Shown here piece by piece: positions 1 to 13,469 of a stretch of DNA of 64,000 bases (the first letter of the stretch is position 1; every line of letters begins with the position of its first letter). The notes below the pieces were generated by a model. It saw nothing but the letters and a program-made list of their open reading frames with translations. It had not been told where the DNA came from and did no database searches. The translations under genes were made by a program, and so were the position numbers. This DNA is from Octopus bimaculoides. Lineage: Eukaryota. The stretch spans positions 47,301,969 to 47,365,968 of the forward strand of contig NC_068988.1 of the NCBI RefSeq assembly GCF_001194135.2, given 5' to 3'.

Positions 1-1084
1 TTTATGGCGACTATTAATTAATGATGTAAATAATAGAAACTAATCTAGTACGAAGCAACTCAGTGTCTGACTATTTAAATCAATTTTCGTCCGGGAAATC
101 TGCGAAGAAAGTTGTTTTCAAATTAGTTATACTTCTTCAAATTTCTAACAAATGAACAAGTAATTATTGTTTAAATTATATACGTTTATACATCTAAAAT
201 ACGTATCAAGCAATATATATCATAGTTGTCTAGCAACTTTCGATATTAAGCTGTCAAAATAAATATTTGAAATAGCTTGGGCAATATTAATTATAATTCA
301 TTACATTATATAAACCTACTTGTATTTCCAAATGATTAAAAAGGCGTGAAAATTCTATTTTGCAAAAACCTGGATCATTATTTTTCGAGAAATAATACAA
401 CATCTGGTCTCTAATCGAAATAGTCACATAATATCTATTCTATTCAGATTAATATTTTCGAAAACAGAGTAAAATAGAAATGCACTTACAATTAGTCAGC
501 AATGCCCTTGGTTGCGATTCCATGGTATGCGAACCACGCAAAAAGATATTAAGACTATTGTTTGTCTCGTATCACTTGAAGAGTTCTTGAGAATTCGTTT
601 TTCTTTCGACAACCATCTCGGCATACAAATATTAGCATATGTCATATAATGTATCCTTGTTGCTTGATGTAAATAATCACCATCACCACAAATAAAATGA
701 GAATTAAACCAGAAATAAATATTACGTAAGTGTATTTTATACAGGTGATTTGTACACGATTTTAAGTAATAGAAATACAGTCATTGCCACTTGTAACAAC
801 ACATAATCATTTGTTAGGTGAGTCGACTTCAATCAATGTTTTCCATTGATTCATGCTGGAAATGGAAGATGGAGTAATTAGTTATTGAAAAACTGCTTGA
901 TTTATAAAAGAGAACAAATAATTGTTGATGTTGTTGAAGGTGAAGGCGCTATAAATAGAAGATGGCAATTTAATTTGAAAAAGAAAAGCATTATGTAGCC
1001 CACTCATCCCTAAAAATATAAAGCAAAAGTTGCGGTCGTCTTGTTGACACCCACTCCTTGTTCCGGTGCCCTTCGTCATACTGT

Positions 1085-1690
1085 CACTTTTCTCATTCAG
1101 TTTCTCACAGCCCTACTAGTGAATCTATCACTTTATCTTTCTACCATTTCATCTACCACATTATCTTTTTTATTTTCTAGTCTATCACAATATCTTTCCT
1201 ATCATTTATTATTCCACACTGCCCATTCTATCAGTGAATCTATCACTTTACCCTATTTATTATTTAGCGTACTACATAATGCTTTCTACCATTTAGTATA
1301 CAATTTAGTCAACCGCACTTCTCGTTTTTTATAGTTACTCTACATTACACTTTATACAATTCAGTCTACCAACCTATGCTTCTATTGTATAGTTCTACCA
1401 CGATATCCCTTGTACATTTAGTCTGCCGCATCATTCTTTCCATCATTTAGTTTACCACTATTCCATCTAACATTTAGTCTACGCCACAACACATTCTACC
1501 AGTTAGTCTATCAAACTGTACTTTCTATCATTCAATTAACCATACCACACTTTCTATTATTTAGTTAACCACACTCTCCTTTCTACCATTTAGTCTACCA
1601 TGACATTCTATTGTTTCTGCCATGTATTTTGCCACCTACACTAACCTTTCTACCATTTAATATACTACACTATTCTTTCTACAATTCTGA
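1085..1690. repeat. Degenerate minisatellite, ~29-bp unit, roughly 20 copies
   Basis: Recurring units resembling TTTCTACCATTTAGTCTACCACACTNNNN, e.g. tttctattatttagttaaccacactctcc followed by tttctaccatttagtctaccatgac. The overlapping ORFs are by-products. Confidence 0.75.
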
Positions 1691-2092
1691 GATATTCAAA
1701 AGTAAAAATATTCGCCTTTTAATGATTTCTAAAAGCCAATACAAAACTGAAGCTGTTGCGTTACTCCAATTCTGCCCTAATCAAATTGACCTCGTATGAA
1801 ATACATTCTCACTTATTTTAATATATATCGCACTAAATTACCTAAAGCCCCCTGCCATGATTATTGGATGTGGTTTTCAGGTATATTGTATCTACTATTA
1901 ACAGGTACAATGTTCATTTAGAAGTCCCCTTGTTTGCCTCTTCCATCTATACTTACAAACATACATAATCATATATAAGCAAATATATATACACAAGTAA
2001 TGAAACTTGCACAAATAGACACACATGTGTTTTATTTCGTTGGTGTGAGTATTTGTTTGCCTCTGTGTGTTTGTGTGTGTGAAAAAGAGAAA

Positions 2093-2140
2093 GAGAGAGG
2101 GTGATGTGGAAGAGAGAGGGTGATGTGGAAGAGAGAGGGA
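2093..2140. repeat. Short tandem duplication of a 20-bp unit
   Basis: gtgatgtggaagagagaggg occurs twice in tandem. Confidence 0.85.
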
Positions 2141-5100
2141 GAGGGAAGAATTCGATTAACTACTGCTATCAAAAGCTGCGTTCAAAACGTAGTATATCCA
2201 TAATTCAAGACCTGCCGATTTCCTGGAAACAGTCTTTTACGAAAACAGAAACTGCTTTCCCTGGGTTCTCTGACATTGCCTACTTTGTCTGCCTATGAAC
2301 CACGTAGTAAAGATAACATTTTATCTGAGCTGAATATATTACACAGATGTTAAGTAATTTTATTGTAGTTTGCCATAATTAAGCAGACCATATGTGTTAA
2401 CTAGTAACACTTATGCTTGGGTAAGATCAAAGGAAAATATAGATTACACACATATATCTTCCTTTCATTACGGATAGCACCTAATCTCAGTTTTAGCATC
2501 GCTCAGAATTTCTACTGTGTCTAAGAAAAGAATTTTGGCAAACCATGCCTGACCCCATTTGCTACCCCATTTAGGAATCTTTACAGATTCTGCAACCTAA
2601 GTGCATATATGCACTTTAGTAACCACGCGTACTACACCTTCAAAAAAGAGCATAAGAGTAGTAACTGAGTCAACCGATTTGAATAGAACATAATAAATTC
2701 GAACACAACAAAACCACGCTTCAAGAAGAACTTGACCTTTCAAGAAGTAAAAGAATTGATGTAACAGTTAGGTTAGAAGAAACTGGAGCAAGTCCCGATA
2801 GTCAGGCTCTTACCGATAGCCTATTTCTGAAGCACTCAAGCTGTATATTTTGTCACGCTATTGTAGCTGTACACGTTGAATACGTCTATGCTGAATGCAA
2901 TTACATTTCTTTTTCAGTTAGTTCCAGCATCTATACAATTATGTCTAAGAAGGTTACTTTGTTAGTATTGGTAAAGGTGGGGATGGAAGTGATGGTGCTT
3001 TTATTAATGCTTTTGTTGTTATTGCTCTCATTCTCACTAGACTTGTTTTTGTTTTTTGTGTTGTTGCTATCAGGCCAGAGGTGATGGTGGCGGTTGTTGA
3101 GTGAGCTTTGCTAGAACATTTTCTTTTTAAACTATGGCCAGAAATGCGACGCTCGTTTGTATGAAAAGAATTCTCTCTGTCATTCAACACACCTTTTTCT
3201 ATTCATGTTCCCCTGCCACTCACTCCTTCTCTAAGCCATGCCATTTTGGAAAATAGCAGCTTAATGATTTCTTTAAATTATTTTGGCTTCTTACATGTAG
3301 TGAGTGCGGGAGTTGTCTACAGAAAAATCTATCTAGAAGCTGGATTGGAAGTTCCAGTATCAATTATTCTCAAAGCCATATTATCTTCCTTGAGATATAG
3401 CCTACTCAGGGTTTGTACCGCAAATCAATTAGGCCAGTGCTGCAAGGCAGAAGGTGTACGTGTTTCATATCTAGATAATAAAGAATCAGAGAAAATGGCT
3501 GTTTGAAGCAAATGAATTAACAGCGGTATCTGCAGACTGCATAAGAAGAGACAATACCTTGTTTAGAAAAACATCACCATTCCTAGCCGAATCTCCTGTT
3601 TAAAGGATAACTCACATTTGAGAATCAAATTAAATTACTTTGTCTTCAGTACCATCAACACCAGATGACATTAAAGGGGACACTGAACAACAGATCCACC
3701 AACAATGCCTCCAGCACAGAGACGGACAGAGTTTCCTAGAGCCCATTTTACTCCATTCCCGTGTCAATGAGATATTGAAAACGTTTTGTCTCTTTCTCTT
3801 GGAAAAAGTAGGAAATGTACAGAAGAATAGAAGGAGAAAGGATAAAAACGGATCTCCAACAAATAAAAAAGAAAGAACAAAATGTTAGAAGAGCTTTAAG
3901 AGGTTCCTATCCACCTAGAGTGTATTAAGCTCACAGTTGTCGTAAATAATTTTCAAGAGTTAATGGAAAACCTGAAGAGGCCAAACGGTGACTTTAATTT
4001 TCTAGAGGGACAATGAGAGGTCAACAATTCAGAGAGGTGGTTTAACGGAATTGTGGTAATGTTAGATTGGATGCCTTGTGGTATTTGTTCCGGCTTATAT
4101 ACCATTACAAGCTTTTATGGCAGTAGGCTTTATCTATCATTCGACTTAACATTACCACTTCCTACCCAGTGAGCCTGTAATTGAGTCCTCTCTGCCACAA
4201 GTATCTAAACCAGGTCTTTGAAGCCCTGTAAAACCTTGTGAGCACTGTCTTCTTACCTGACCAAAGTGAAAATAAAACATTACTTTAATTTAGATTAAGG
4301 CTTTTAATACAATTCATGTGTGTATTGGTTCTCGTTGTGCAAGAATGTATGCACGAAACTCTCTATTTAATTTTTATATAGTATGTATTTTTACAGTGTG
4401 ATTTCGTGTTTGAAAATAATTGATATGAATAATTTGTTTAGATTATTTAGGCTACTGCCTCCAGCAATGTGTCAATCACCTCTTTTCGGTATTTCTGAAC
4501 GAACTGTTTTGAAAGAAAGGTAAATATTGCAAATGGTCATAAAGCAATGTCAAGACAACAGACTCTCCAACCTAGTAAAATGATGTAGATTCTTAATTAA
4601 GCTGAAAATCTTTGTCAATATTTCTTAATGAGAAACGGGTTACTAAAGAATTTATATCAATAAAACAGTAGTATTTTGCAATTCTTTAGGGAGTTCTACG
4701 AAACACGACTAATCATGAAGAAAACGACAATGCATCGTTTGTTTTTATTAGCCAGAAGAGCTAAAGAGAGTATAAAAAAAGCGAAAAACGTTAGACTGAG
4801 ACTTACATAGAACTTGTAGGATGAGAGTGATAAGTAATAAAAACAAGAGGCAGGGTAAAGGACTTTGTATGATATATTTGATGGACCGAATTAAAATTGT
4901 AAGGAGTACACAAATAGTTATATGGGAAAAATGTTTGAAAACATGTAATAAAACACAATAAATAAAACACTACAAATATGTTACATTTAAACGTTCACTT
5001 CCGTTCATGACAATATCACGTGATTGCGACTTTTCTCCGTGCATTCTTCATGTTATTCTTATAATGCTAAATTCTGGCGATTCCAAAACCATACATGAAG

Positions 5101-5859
5101 AGCTACTTGGCCAAAGTGAGCGAGGAAAGACTCCTGTAGGTAGATTACATGCATAAGTTTTTAATATATTGTAGAAAGTTTCCTATAATTTGATCCTATT
5201 TTCAGTACAGACATTCCTTCGCTTAGTTCGTTCTCTTGCAGTTTACATACGTGTTCTACTACAGTGCCTCTTCACGGCACACAACGCATATGACAAAACG
5301 CTTAATGATATCTCTCCAAGCTTTTTACGTCTTGAGGTAAACTTCGCCTTACAACTGTTCAGGTTGATAGATTAAAGTACCAGTTAAATGTTATTGTCGA
5401 TGCGAAGGAATTCCTTTCTCTTCAAAATTGCGTGAGTAATAATAATTATTATAATCAGGTTTTACAACATAGATACAAATGCTTAAAATTTTGAGGAAGT
5501 GTATACTAAACTGAAGTTCACCTTATGTATTGCTGGCACTGCGAAAATATCAGGCTAGTCAATATCATGAGTAATTTCGTCCGATAACAGTCCAGCGTCT
5601 ATTGTTATAATGATGTCTGTCGTAGACAAACATCCATATATAAAAGGTGCGGTAAGATGCAGTAGATTTGATCATAATCAACAGATGTGAGTTTGTTTTA
5701 TTGGTGGTGGTGGTGGTTGGGTATCGATTCTGGAGAGCGGGAAAAGTATAAAGGACAATCCTGGTGTAATTTGAACTGAGATTGTGAAGGAAAGTGTGTA
5801 AATACCACGAGAAATTTTGTGAAGCATTCAACTAAATTATACATTCACGATGCAAATAG

Positions 5860-6140
5860 TAAAAATAATAATGATGATGATGATGATTATAAAAGCAGTG
5901 ACGACGACAGTAATAATATTGATAATAACAGCAGCAGCAGCAGCAACATCAACAACAGCAGCAACAACAACAATAATAATAATATTAATTTTTGTTTCTT
6001 TTATGCAAGTCATGTAGGGCAGAGTTAAGTGACTTTCTCGTGGCCATAATGCGAGGACTGCAGTACGATGCAGTGATAATAATCACAGCATCAACATAAC
6101 CATCACCATCATCATCATCATTATTATTATTATTATTGCC
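5860..6140. repeat. Compound trinucleotide microsatellite (AAT/GAT/CAG/AAC/ATC)
   Basis: Read directly from the sequence. Confidence 0.9.
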
Positions 6141-6584
6141 ATCGTCAAAAATAACAAAAAAAAACCCCATAAAACAACTACATTGACAAAAAGCACACAA
6201 AATGCATTCCTTTACACCCATGTAATAACAACAACCACCTTCTAGAATCCCTACAAATACCAAAACATTATTAACAATATAACAATATAACAACAGTAAA
6301 AAGAACTCAAATGTAAAGAAACGCAATGAAAAAAAAAAACTTCCTCTAAAGGGAAGTGCAAAAAATATTATTGATAGTTATAATGCAGAAATCTCTCTAC
6401 CACTTCTCTCACCCACTCCCTCTCCGTGCAGACGTGCGCTGAGTGCAGAAATGCTTATTACCGCACTATAATTCAGTGCATATGCAATATGGATAGATGC
6501 ATTAAAGATGCAAACTGAAGTAGGTGAATGCAAAACTATGAACACGAGTTTCGAGTTCTAAAAGCAAGCTGGTGGAAGAAAGAA

Positions 6585-6617
6585 GCAGCAATAGTATAAA
6601 TAATAATAATAGTAATA

Positions 6618-6715
<98 letters not shown>

Positions 6716-6730
6716 AACAACAATAATAGT

Positions 6731-6772
<42 letters not shown>

Positions 6773-6775
6773 TCA
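6585..6775. repeat. (AAT)n-(GAT)n-(AAT)n microsatellite
   Basis: Read directly; explains the poly-N, poly-Y and poly-L ORFs. Confidence 0.95.
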
Positions 6776-7355
6776 ATAGTACCACTCACGCATTCAGCTA
6801 TGCACATTGAATACCTTATGCAGTTCTCATCCAACAATATACACATAGCTTCCGGAACATATACACTTGCATAATCAGTATCCAATAATATATCACAACA
6901 CTTACTCTCACATAATCAACACCGAATATTATAAAACAACAACTCACGTAACTCGAATTCTGCATAAGTGCCATATACAGAAACGTACGCCAACACTAAA
7001 ATATATCTAAACAAAGATGGGCTCCTTATCTGGTATCTCAACCTGCTACAAATAACCAACGAATCTCCTTGAAATGATCTAGTTCATCTTAACCCATTAC
7101 CTACCAGTGATCTCATATGAGATCACTTAAAAATTACAAATTTCGTAATTATCTGCCAATATTTACACATATCTAACCTTTTTGCTATATCTACTAGGTA
7201 TATTTCTCTCATATTCAAATATGGTTTGCTAATTTTTTACCCAATATCTCGCTTATTTCTATTTAAAATGTTATTATGGTCATTCCAGCGTGTTTCTAAG
7301 GCTGTTTTATGCTAGAAATCAAAGTTTCATAAAAAAAATTTCCAGTTAATAGAAA

Positions 7356-7591
7356 AGGCGGCGAGCTGGCAGAAACGTTAGCACGCCAGGCGACATGCTT
7401 AGCGGTATTTTGTCTGCCGCTACGTTCTGAGTTCAAATTCTGCCGAGGTCGACTTTGCCTTTCATCCTTTCGAGGTCGATTAGATAAGTACCAGATACGC
7501 ACTGGGGTCGATATAATCGACTTAATCCGTTTGTCTGTCCTTGTTTGTCCCCTCTGTGTATAGCCCCTTGTGGGCAGTAAAGAAATAAGAA
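7356..7591 (+). mobile_element. tRNA-derived SINE, family A, near full length
   Basis: A-box-like ggcgagctggcagaa and B-box-like gagttcaaattc, with an A-rich 3' end. Homologous copies at 10601-10816, 44690-44900 and 50900-51110. Confidence 0.85.
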
Positions 7592-8044
7592 TTATGGGAG
7601 GTAATGGGTTAAGCAAGAACACATTGGATAATGTGTTCTTTCGTTACAAACCTCTACACATTACGGATAAAGTTGAATTGTGACAGCCTGATTGCCTTTC
7701 ATTGATCGTTGGTCTGCACGATCATAACCGTTCTGCGGTTTAACTGGAAAGAACCTCTAAGTGCCGTCTCATATAACTCCAGCCACTCAACATGTGAATA
7801 ACTCAATCACCATTCATCAAAATAAACACCTCTCGCATTGAACATATTTTGTACACATACGGCCCCACATAGCACTAGCCAACCACACAACACGCAGTCT
7901 ACAGCAGTAATTCTGAAATGGTGCACCATAGCACAAGGGTGTACAGGACGGCTAACTAGGGGAATCGCAGAAATTTTTAAAGTGTTATCATACTTTGCGA
8001 AAGCGATTGAAACATTTGTATAACTTGGTAAAATATGTAGGTGT

Positions 8045-8143
8045 AGACGTGGCTGTGTGGTAAGAAGTTTCGACCCTAACCGCAAAAACCAACCGTAAAA
8101 AGCCATTACGGTTGATTTCTTAGAGGCGAACTGAAAAAGCTCG

Positions 8144-8150
<7 letters not shown>
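8045..8150 (+). mobile_element. Internally deleted SINE head (family B) followed by (TA)n
   Basis: gacgtggctgtgtggtaagaag...aactgaaaaagctcgtc matches the start and end of the intact head at 25777-25943. Confidence 0.65.
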
Positions 8151-8174
<24 letters not shown>

Positions 8175-8179
8175 AACGA

Positions 8180-8350
8180 TAAACGTCACCCTTTCAAAGC
8201 CTAGCCAGTCTCATGGGCCCGATTTCCCGGTTTCTATGGCGTATGTGTTCCCCCCAGCTAGACGGAACGCCAGTCCATCGCAGCGTTACTCAAGAAACAG
8301 GAAGAAAGAGGGAGAGAAAGTTGGGGCAAAAGAGTACAACAGTGGTCGCT
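8180..8350 (-). mobile_element. Probable SINE 3' segment, truncated by a gap
   Basis: GC-rich block (agcctagccagtctcatgggcccgatttcccggtttctatggcg...) inserted after (TA)n. It resembles a common octopus repeat as I recall it; there is no second copy in the window. Confidence 0.5.
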
Positions 8351-8681
8351 NNNNNNNNNNNNNNNNNNNNNNNNNNNNNNNNNNNNNNNNNNNNNNNNNN
8401 NNNNNNNNNNNNNNNNNNNNNNNNNNNNNNNNNNNNNNNNNNNNNNNNNNNNNNNNNNNNNNNNNNNNNNNNNNNNNNNNNNNNNNNNNNNNNNNNNNNN
8501 NNNNNNNNNNNNNNNNNNNNNNNNNNNNNNNNNNNNNNNNNNNNNNNNNNNNNNNNNNNNNNNNNNNNNNNNNNNNNNNNNNNNNNNNNNNNNNNNNNNN
8601 NNNNNNNNNNNNNNNNNNNNNNNNNNNNNNNNNNNNNNNNNNNNNNNNNNNNNNNNNNNNNNNNNNNNNNNNNNNNNNNNN

Positions 8682-8980
8682 GTCTGTATTTCATTCCCCC
8701 GTCATCACTTCACAACCAGCGTTGGTGTGTTTACGTTGGTGTGTAACTTAGCCGTTCTTTGTGTTTGTGTTTGTTCCTAGCCTCAACTTGAACACCGGTG
8801 TTGATTTTGTCGGTTTGTTTACGCCTTTGTAAAATGCTGGTTCGGCAAATCGAGACCGATTGAACAAGTGCGAAACTTAAAACAAACTAAGTACTGGTGA
8901 AGATTTCTTCGACAACACCGTGCAAGGAAGTGCTCCAGCATGGACACAGTCCAATGACTGAAACAAATAAAATATAAAGA
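8682..8980 (+). mobile_element. Composite SINE 3' tail
   Basis: ggtgtgtttacg...taacttagc...gtgctccagcatggacacagtccaatgactgaaacaa, homologous to 26275-26482. Confidence 0.75.
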
Positions 8981-9369
8981 CGTGTATGGACGCAATCATA
9001 ACTGAGTGGTTAAAATAGTCGCAGCTCTGAGGACCCAGACTTAATCCCATTGTATAACATCTTTAGCTGGCGAAATTGCTAATACCTCGGATTGCTCCAA
9101 TCCTTGAGAACGACAGAAACTGAATCGAAAACTGTCAGATCTAATGCACTTGTAATTCAATGGTCCAGTTTTGTAACACTTTTGCTGTGATTAATTCTAC
9201 CTGAAAAGTAAGAGTATAGGTGTTTGTGTGTAGCATTCAAAAACCTCACACGCTAAATCAATTGTCCTGTTAATTGAACTTCTGAATGCTCATATATCTA
9301 AGTCAGGGTGTACATTGTCATCATACTCGAGTGAAATAAATAAAACGAAAAAAAGGAATTGTTTACTAT

Positions 9370-9478
9370 TGGCGCAGGCCAACAGTAAGAATTGTGCTTC
9401 CGGACCACATGGTCTGGGTTCATACCGACTGCATGATACCTTGCAGTAGGACAAAATCTGCAAAAAGCTCGTCGTTCA

Positions 9479-9509
<31 letters not shown>

Positions 9510-9678
9510 GTGTGCATGTGTGCACCTTTGAGTCTGTGTTTATCTATCGTCATCGTTTCACAGCCAGCCTTGGTGTGTTTACGTCACAATAACTTAGCGG
9601 TTCCGCAAAGAGATCTTTCAATTGGGTGCTCCAGAGTGGCTGCAGTCTAATGACTGAAACAAGTGAAAGATAAAAGCT
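9370..9678 (+). mobile_element. Composite SINE: deleted head, (TACA)n, deleted tail
   Basis: Head (ccacatggtctgggttca...), microsatellite and tail (...aatgactgaaacaagtgaaagataaaag) in the same order as 25777-26482. Confidence 0.75.
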
Positions 9679-10114
9679 ACTTTGGTATTTATTTCTGAAT
9701 TTAAGCTTTGAAACATTTTTTTTACTTATACATTTTCTATGCAGAATATTTTAGTAATTTTTTTTATAACACAGCGTGAAAATGAACGAAAACTGCTGTT
9801 TTGCAGCTCTAACACCCAGAAAAAAAACACCTATTCTACACAACGGTCATCCTACATAACATCAATTACACCAGACATATAAACAGAAACCCCACCCAAC
9901 AAAATAATTCAACTCATTTTTCACATACTCCACGCAACAAACATCCTTGGACGTAATTGAACAACCATTCTCAAACAGATGAGATTATGGGTTGTACTAT
10001 TCGTTTCTCGATCGCTCAGTACAAAGCATGGTTGAGGAGATCTCATTTCGAGTGACTTTTCCTGAGTCTGTAAACTCATTCTCGTATTCAACCCGTCATA
10101 AGGTTACCAATTAA

Positions 10115-10250
10115 AATCCGAGTGGACTAGAGCAACGAGAAAGGAAGTGTTTTGCTCAAGAGCACAACGCCATATTTAGTCTGGGATCGAAACCACTATC
10201 CCGCGTTCGCGAGTGCAACACCTCTAACCACACGGTGACGCGCCTTCAAA
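10115..10250 (-). mobile_element. tRNA-derived SINE head, family D
   Basis: gagtggactagagcaacg...gtgttttgctcaagagcacaacgc, homologous to 26714-27006 and 24730-25040. Confidence 0.75.
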
Positions 10251-10387
10251 CAAAGCAATAAAGTAACAGCAGAAACAACAAAATTAATCCACTCTCCCCC
10301 AAATGCTATTCGAATGTAGAATATAAACACATTTCACGTTCATAAAAAAGCAATAATGCATAAACTATATAGGCGTAGGAGTGGAGA

Positions 10388-10850
10388 GGGGACAAACACA
10401 GACTCACAAATACACACACGCTCACACATACACATGCACACACATATATATACGACGGGCTTCTTTCAGTTTCCAGTTTCCGCCTATCAAATCCACTCAC
10501 AAGGCTTTGGTCGGTCTGAGGCTATAGTAGAAGACACTTGCCCAAGGTGCCACGCAATGGGACTGAATCCGGAACCACGTGGTTGGGAAGCAAATTTCTT
10601 ATTTCTTTATTGCCCACAAGGGGTTAAACATAGAGGGGACAAACCAGGACAGACAAAAGGATTAAGTCGATTACATCGTCCCCCAGTACGTAACTCGTAC
10701 TTAATTTATCGAGCCCAAAAGGATCAAAGGCGGAATTTGAACTCAGAATGTAACGGCAGACGAAATACTGCTAACCATCTCGCCCGGTGTGCCAACGTTT
10801 CTGCCAGCTCGCCGCCAAGAAGCAAGCTTCTTGCCACACGGCCACGCCAT
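10388..10850 (-). mobile_element. Composite SINE (family B) interrupted by a family A SINE
   Basis: The head sequence is split at about 10600 and resumes at about 10817. Confidence 0.85.
10601..10816 (-). mobile_element. Family A SINE nested in family B, with a 14-bp TSD
   Basis: Reverse complement of the 7356-7591 family. Flanked by gaagcaaatttctt (10587-10600) and gaagcaagcttctt (10819-10832). Confidence 0.85.
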
Positions 10851-10855
10851 TGTCC

Positions 10856-10918
<63 letters not shown>

Positions 10919-11983
10919 TGCACACACATATGTATACACATATGCTTATTTATATATATATATATATATATATTAGCCATAACGGCCCGTTTCAGGCTGG
11001 TGCAGCACCCATCGCTTTGAGTAATCGGTGTATTTTCATCTTATCATGCCTGTATATCCAGAGCCAAGTGTTTTTGTTGGGCTTTTCTATGTGTTGAATC
11101 TCTTGTTAGTGGATCAATGAACTGTCAAAGTATACTCTACTTTGGTCGTACCATTTTGCAGATGGCTGATCAGAGAAACCCTAACAAACGACATTCCCAG
11201 AAGATCTGCTTCTCTTATTTCCAAGTTGGAGGATGTAGAATATAATTTCCTGCTTGGATTAACAGCATAATGTGTGCAAAGGATACAAAGCAAAACATCA
11301 ACCTGGTTGACTATCACCTTATACACCCTATCATTACGTATCTATAAATCCCGCACAAATGCATACCTATTCATACACATATAGATAGACATATTTTCAT
11401 AGACAATATCATGAGATGCTATCTTTGGTTCAGTGTTTATGCTACACGCTTTATCATTTGTTCCATTGTATTATCTGTGAGGTATAGGATACAACTTTGT
11501 GTGAAATCAGCTTGAGTGCCTGACATAGATTAATGTGAGATCTTTAGGAACATTAGTGTGCATGCCATTTGTGATTTGAGTCATTTCGTGGGAAAAAGGA
11601 TCGTGACTAGAGCAGTGTTGTTATTACTGTTGTTGTTGGGGTACGGTGGTTGTAGTAGTGGTCATGACATTGATGACCTGCTGTTTCTAAAATTCATTGG
11701 ATGATACTGCAAATACCGATATTTGAAACTATATATCCGATAATAGTTTGTGATTTTTTTACATAAACACAAGAACTCAAAATTAAGGGAAGGGATTAGA
11801 AATTAAAATCGATCTCTTTCTTGACCTTTATTTAATTTTTATCGTCAGATGAAGGGGAAAAAAAAGAAGAAAATATAATAAATAACGAGTCCGGTGGGAT
11901 TTAAACATAGCTGTTATAAAACGTACTTGAATATGTAATCAGAAAATGAAATTATCTGGATGACAATAGTGATAGGACTCTCT

Positions 11984-12195
11984 CTTTACTCTCTTTTACT
12001 CTTTTACTTGTTTCAGTCGTTTTGACTGTGGCCATGCTGGAGCACCACCTTTAGTCGAGTAAACCGACCCCAGGACTTATTCTTTGAATGCCTAGTACTT
12101 ATTCTATCAGTTTCTTTTGCCGAACCCCTAAGTTACGGGGACGTAAACACACCACCATCGGTTGTCAAGCGATGTTGGGGGGGACAAACACACAG

Positions 12196-12242
<47 letters not shown>
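11984..12242 (-). mobile_element. Composite SINE 3' tail ending in (CA)n at a gap
   Basis: Reverse complement of the 26275-26482 tail. Confidence 0.85.
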
Positions 12243-13216
12243 NNNNNNNNNNNNNNNNNNNNNNNNNNNNNNNNNNNNNNNNNNNNNNNNNNNNNNNNNN
12301 NNNNNNNNNNNNNNNNNNNNNNNNNNNNNNNNNNNNNNNNNNNNNNNNNNNNNNNNNNNNNNNNNNNNNNNNNNNNNNNNNNNNNNNNNNNNNNNNNNNN
12401 NNNNNNNNNNNNNNNNNNNNNNNNNNNNNNNNNNNNNNNNNNNNNNNNNNNNNNNNNNNNNNNNNNNNNNNNNNNNNNNNNNNNNNNNNNNNNNNNNNNN
12501 NNNNNNNNNNNNNNNNNNNNNNNNNNNNNNNNNNNNNNNNNNNNNNNNNNNNNNNNNNNNNNNNNNNNNNNNNNNNNNNNNNNNNNNNNNNNNNNNNNNN
12601 NNNNNNNNNNNNNNNNNNNNNNNNNNNNNNNNNNNNNNNNNNNNNNNNNNNNNNNNNNNNNNNNNNNNNNNNNNNNNNNNNNNNNNNNNNNNNNNNNNNN
12701 NNNNNNNNNNNNNNNNNNNNNNNNNNNNNNNNNNNNNNNNNNNNNNNNNNNNNNNNNNNNNNNNNNNNNNNNNNNNNNNNNNNNNNNNNNNNNNNNNNNN
12801 NNNNNNNNNNNNNNNNNNNNNNNNNNNNNNNNNNNNNNNNNNNNNNNNNNNNNNNNNNNNNNNNNNNNNNNNNNNNNNNNNNNNNNNNNNNNNNNNNNNN
12901 NNNNNNNNNNNNNNNNTTGAATAGTGCCCAGTCAACGGTCATTATATATATATATATATATATAGACAAAGATAGTTATGGTCAGTTCATAGGGTTACCT
13001 AGGGATTCACGTCCGTAAAACGTTTGTATACACACACACGCACACATATAATTACTCGTACTTTGTTATTAATGTCGAACGAATGAGAAATGGGTGCTTA
13101 ACACCTATTGTGGAGGGAAGCTTTTTTAATATTAAAACTAAACCTAAGTATTTTAATATATGTGAGAATGTTTGTGTGTGTGCGTGTGTGTGTGTGTATG
13201 TGTGTGTGTGTGTGTG

Positions 13217-13468
13217 TGTGTGTAGTATTCAAACACCTCACAAGCTAAATCAATTGTCCAGTTAATTGAACTGCTGGATGCTCATATATCTAAGTCAGGG
13301 TGTACATTGTCATCATACTCCAGTGACATAAATAAAACGAATAAAAAGAATTGTTTACTATTGACGCAGGCCAATAGTAAGAATTGTGCTTCCGGACCAC
13401 ATGGTCTGGGTTCAGACTCACTGCATGATACCTTGCACTGGGACAGAATCTGCAAAAAATTCGTCGTC
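13217..13468 (+). repeat. Local ~250-bp duplication of 9226-9476
   Basis: Co-linear by eye, including non-SINE flank (gctaaatcaattgtcc...gctcatatatctaagtcagggtgtacattgtcatcatactc) and the same deleted SINE head. Confidence 0.9.
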
Positions 13469-13469
13469 A

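Noticed and set aside
3246-3888. ORFs of 86 and 82 aa, with a possible acceptor at about 3649
   Set aside because: No recognisable motif and no convincing donor site.
5075-5160. GDSKTIHEELLGQSERGKTPVGR, resembling an RTE C-terminus
   Set aside because: Too short and degenerate to call.
11114-11326. Protein-like ORFs on both strands
   Set aside because: No family motif recognised, and the splice signals are incomplete.
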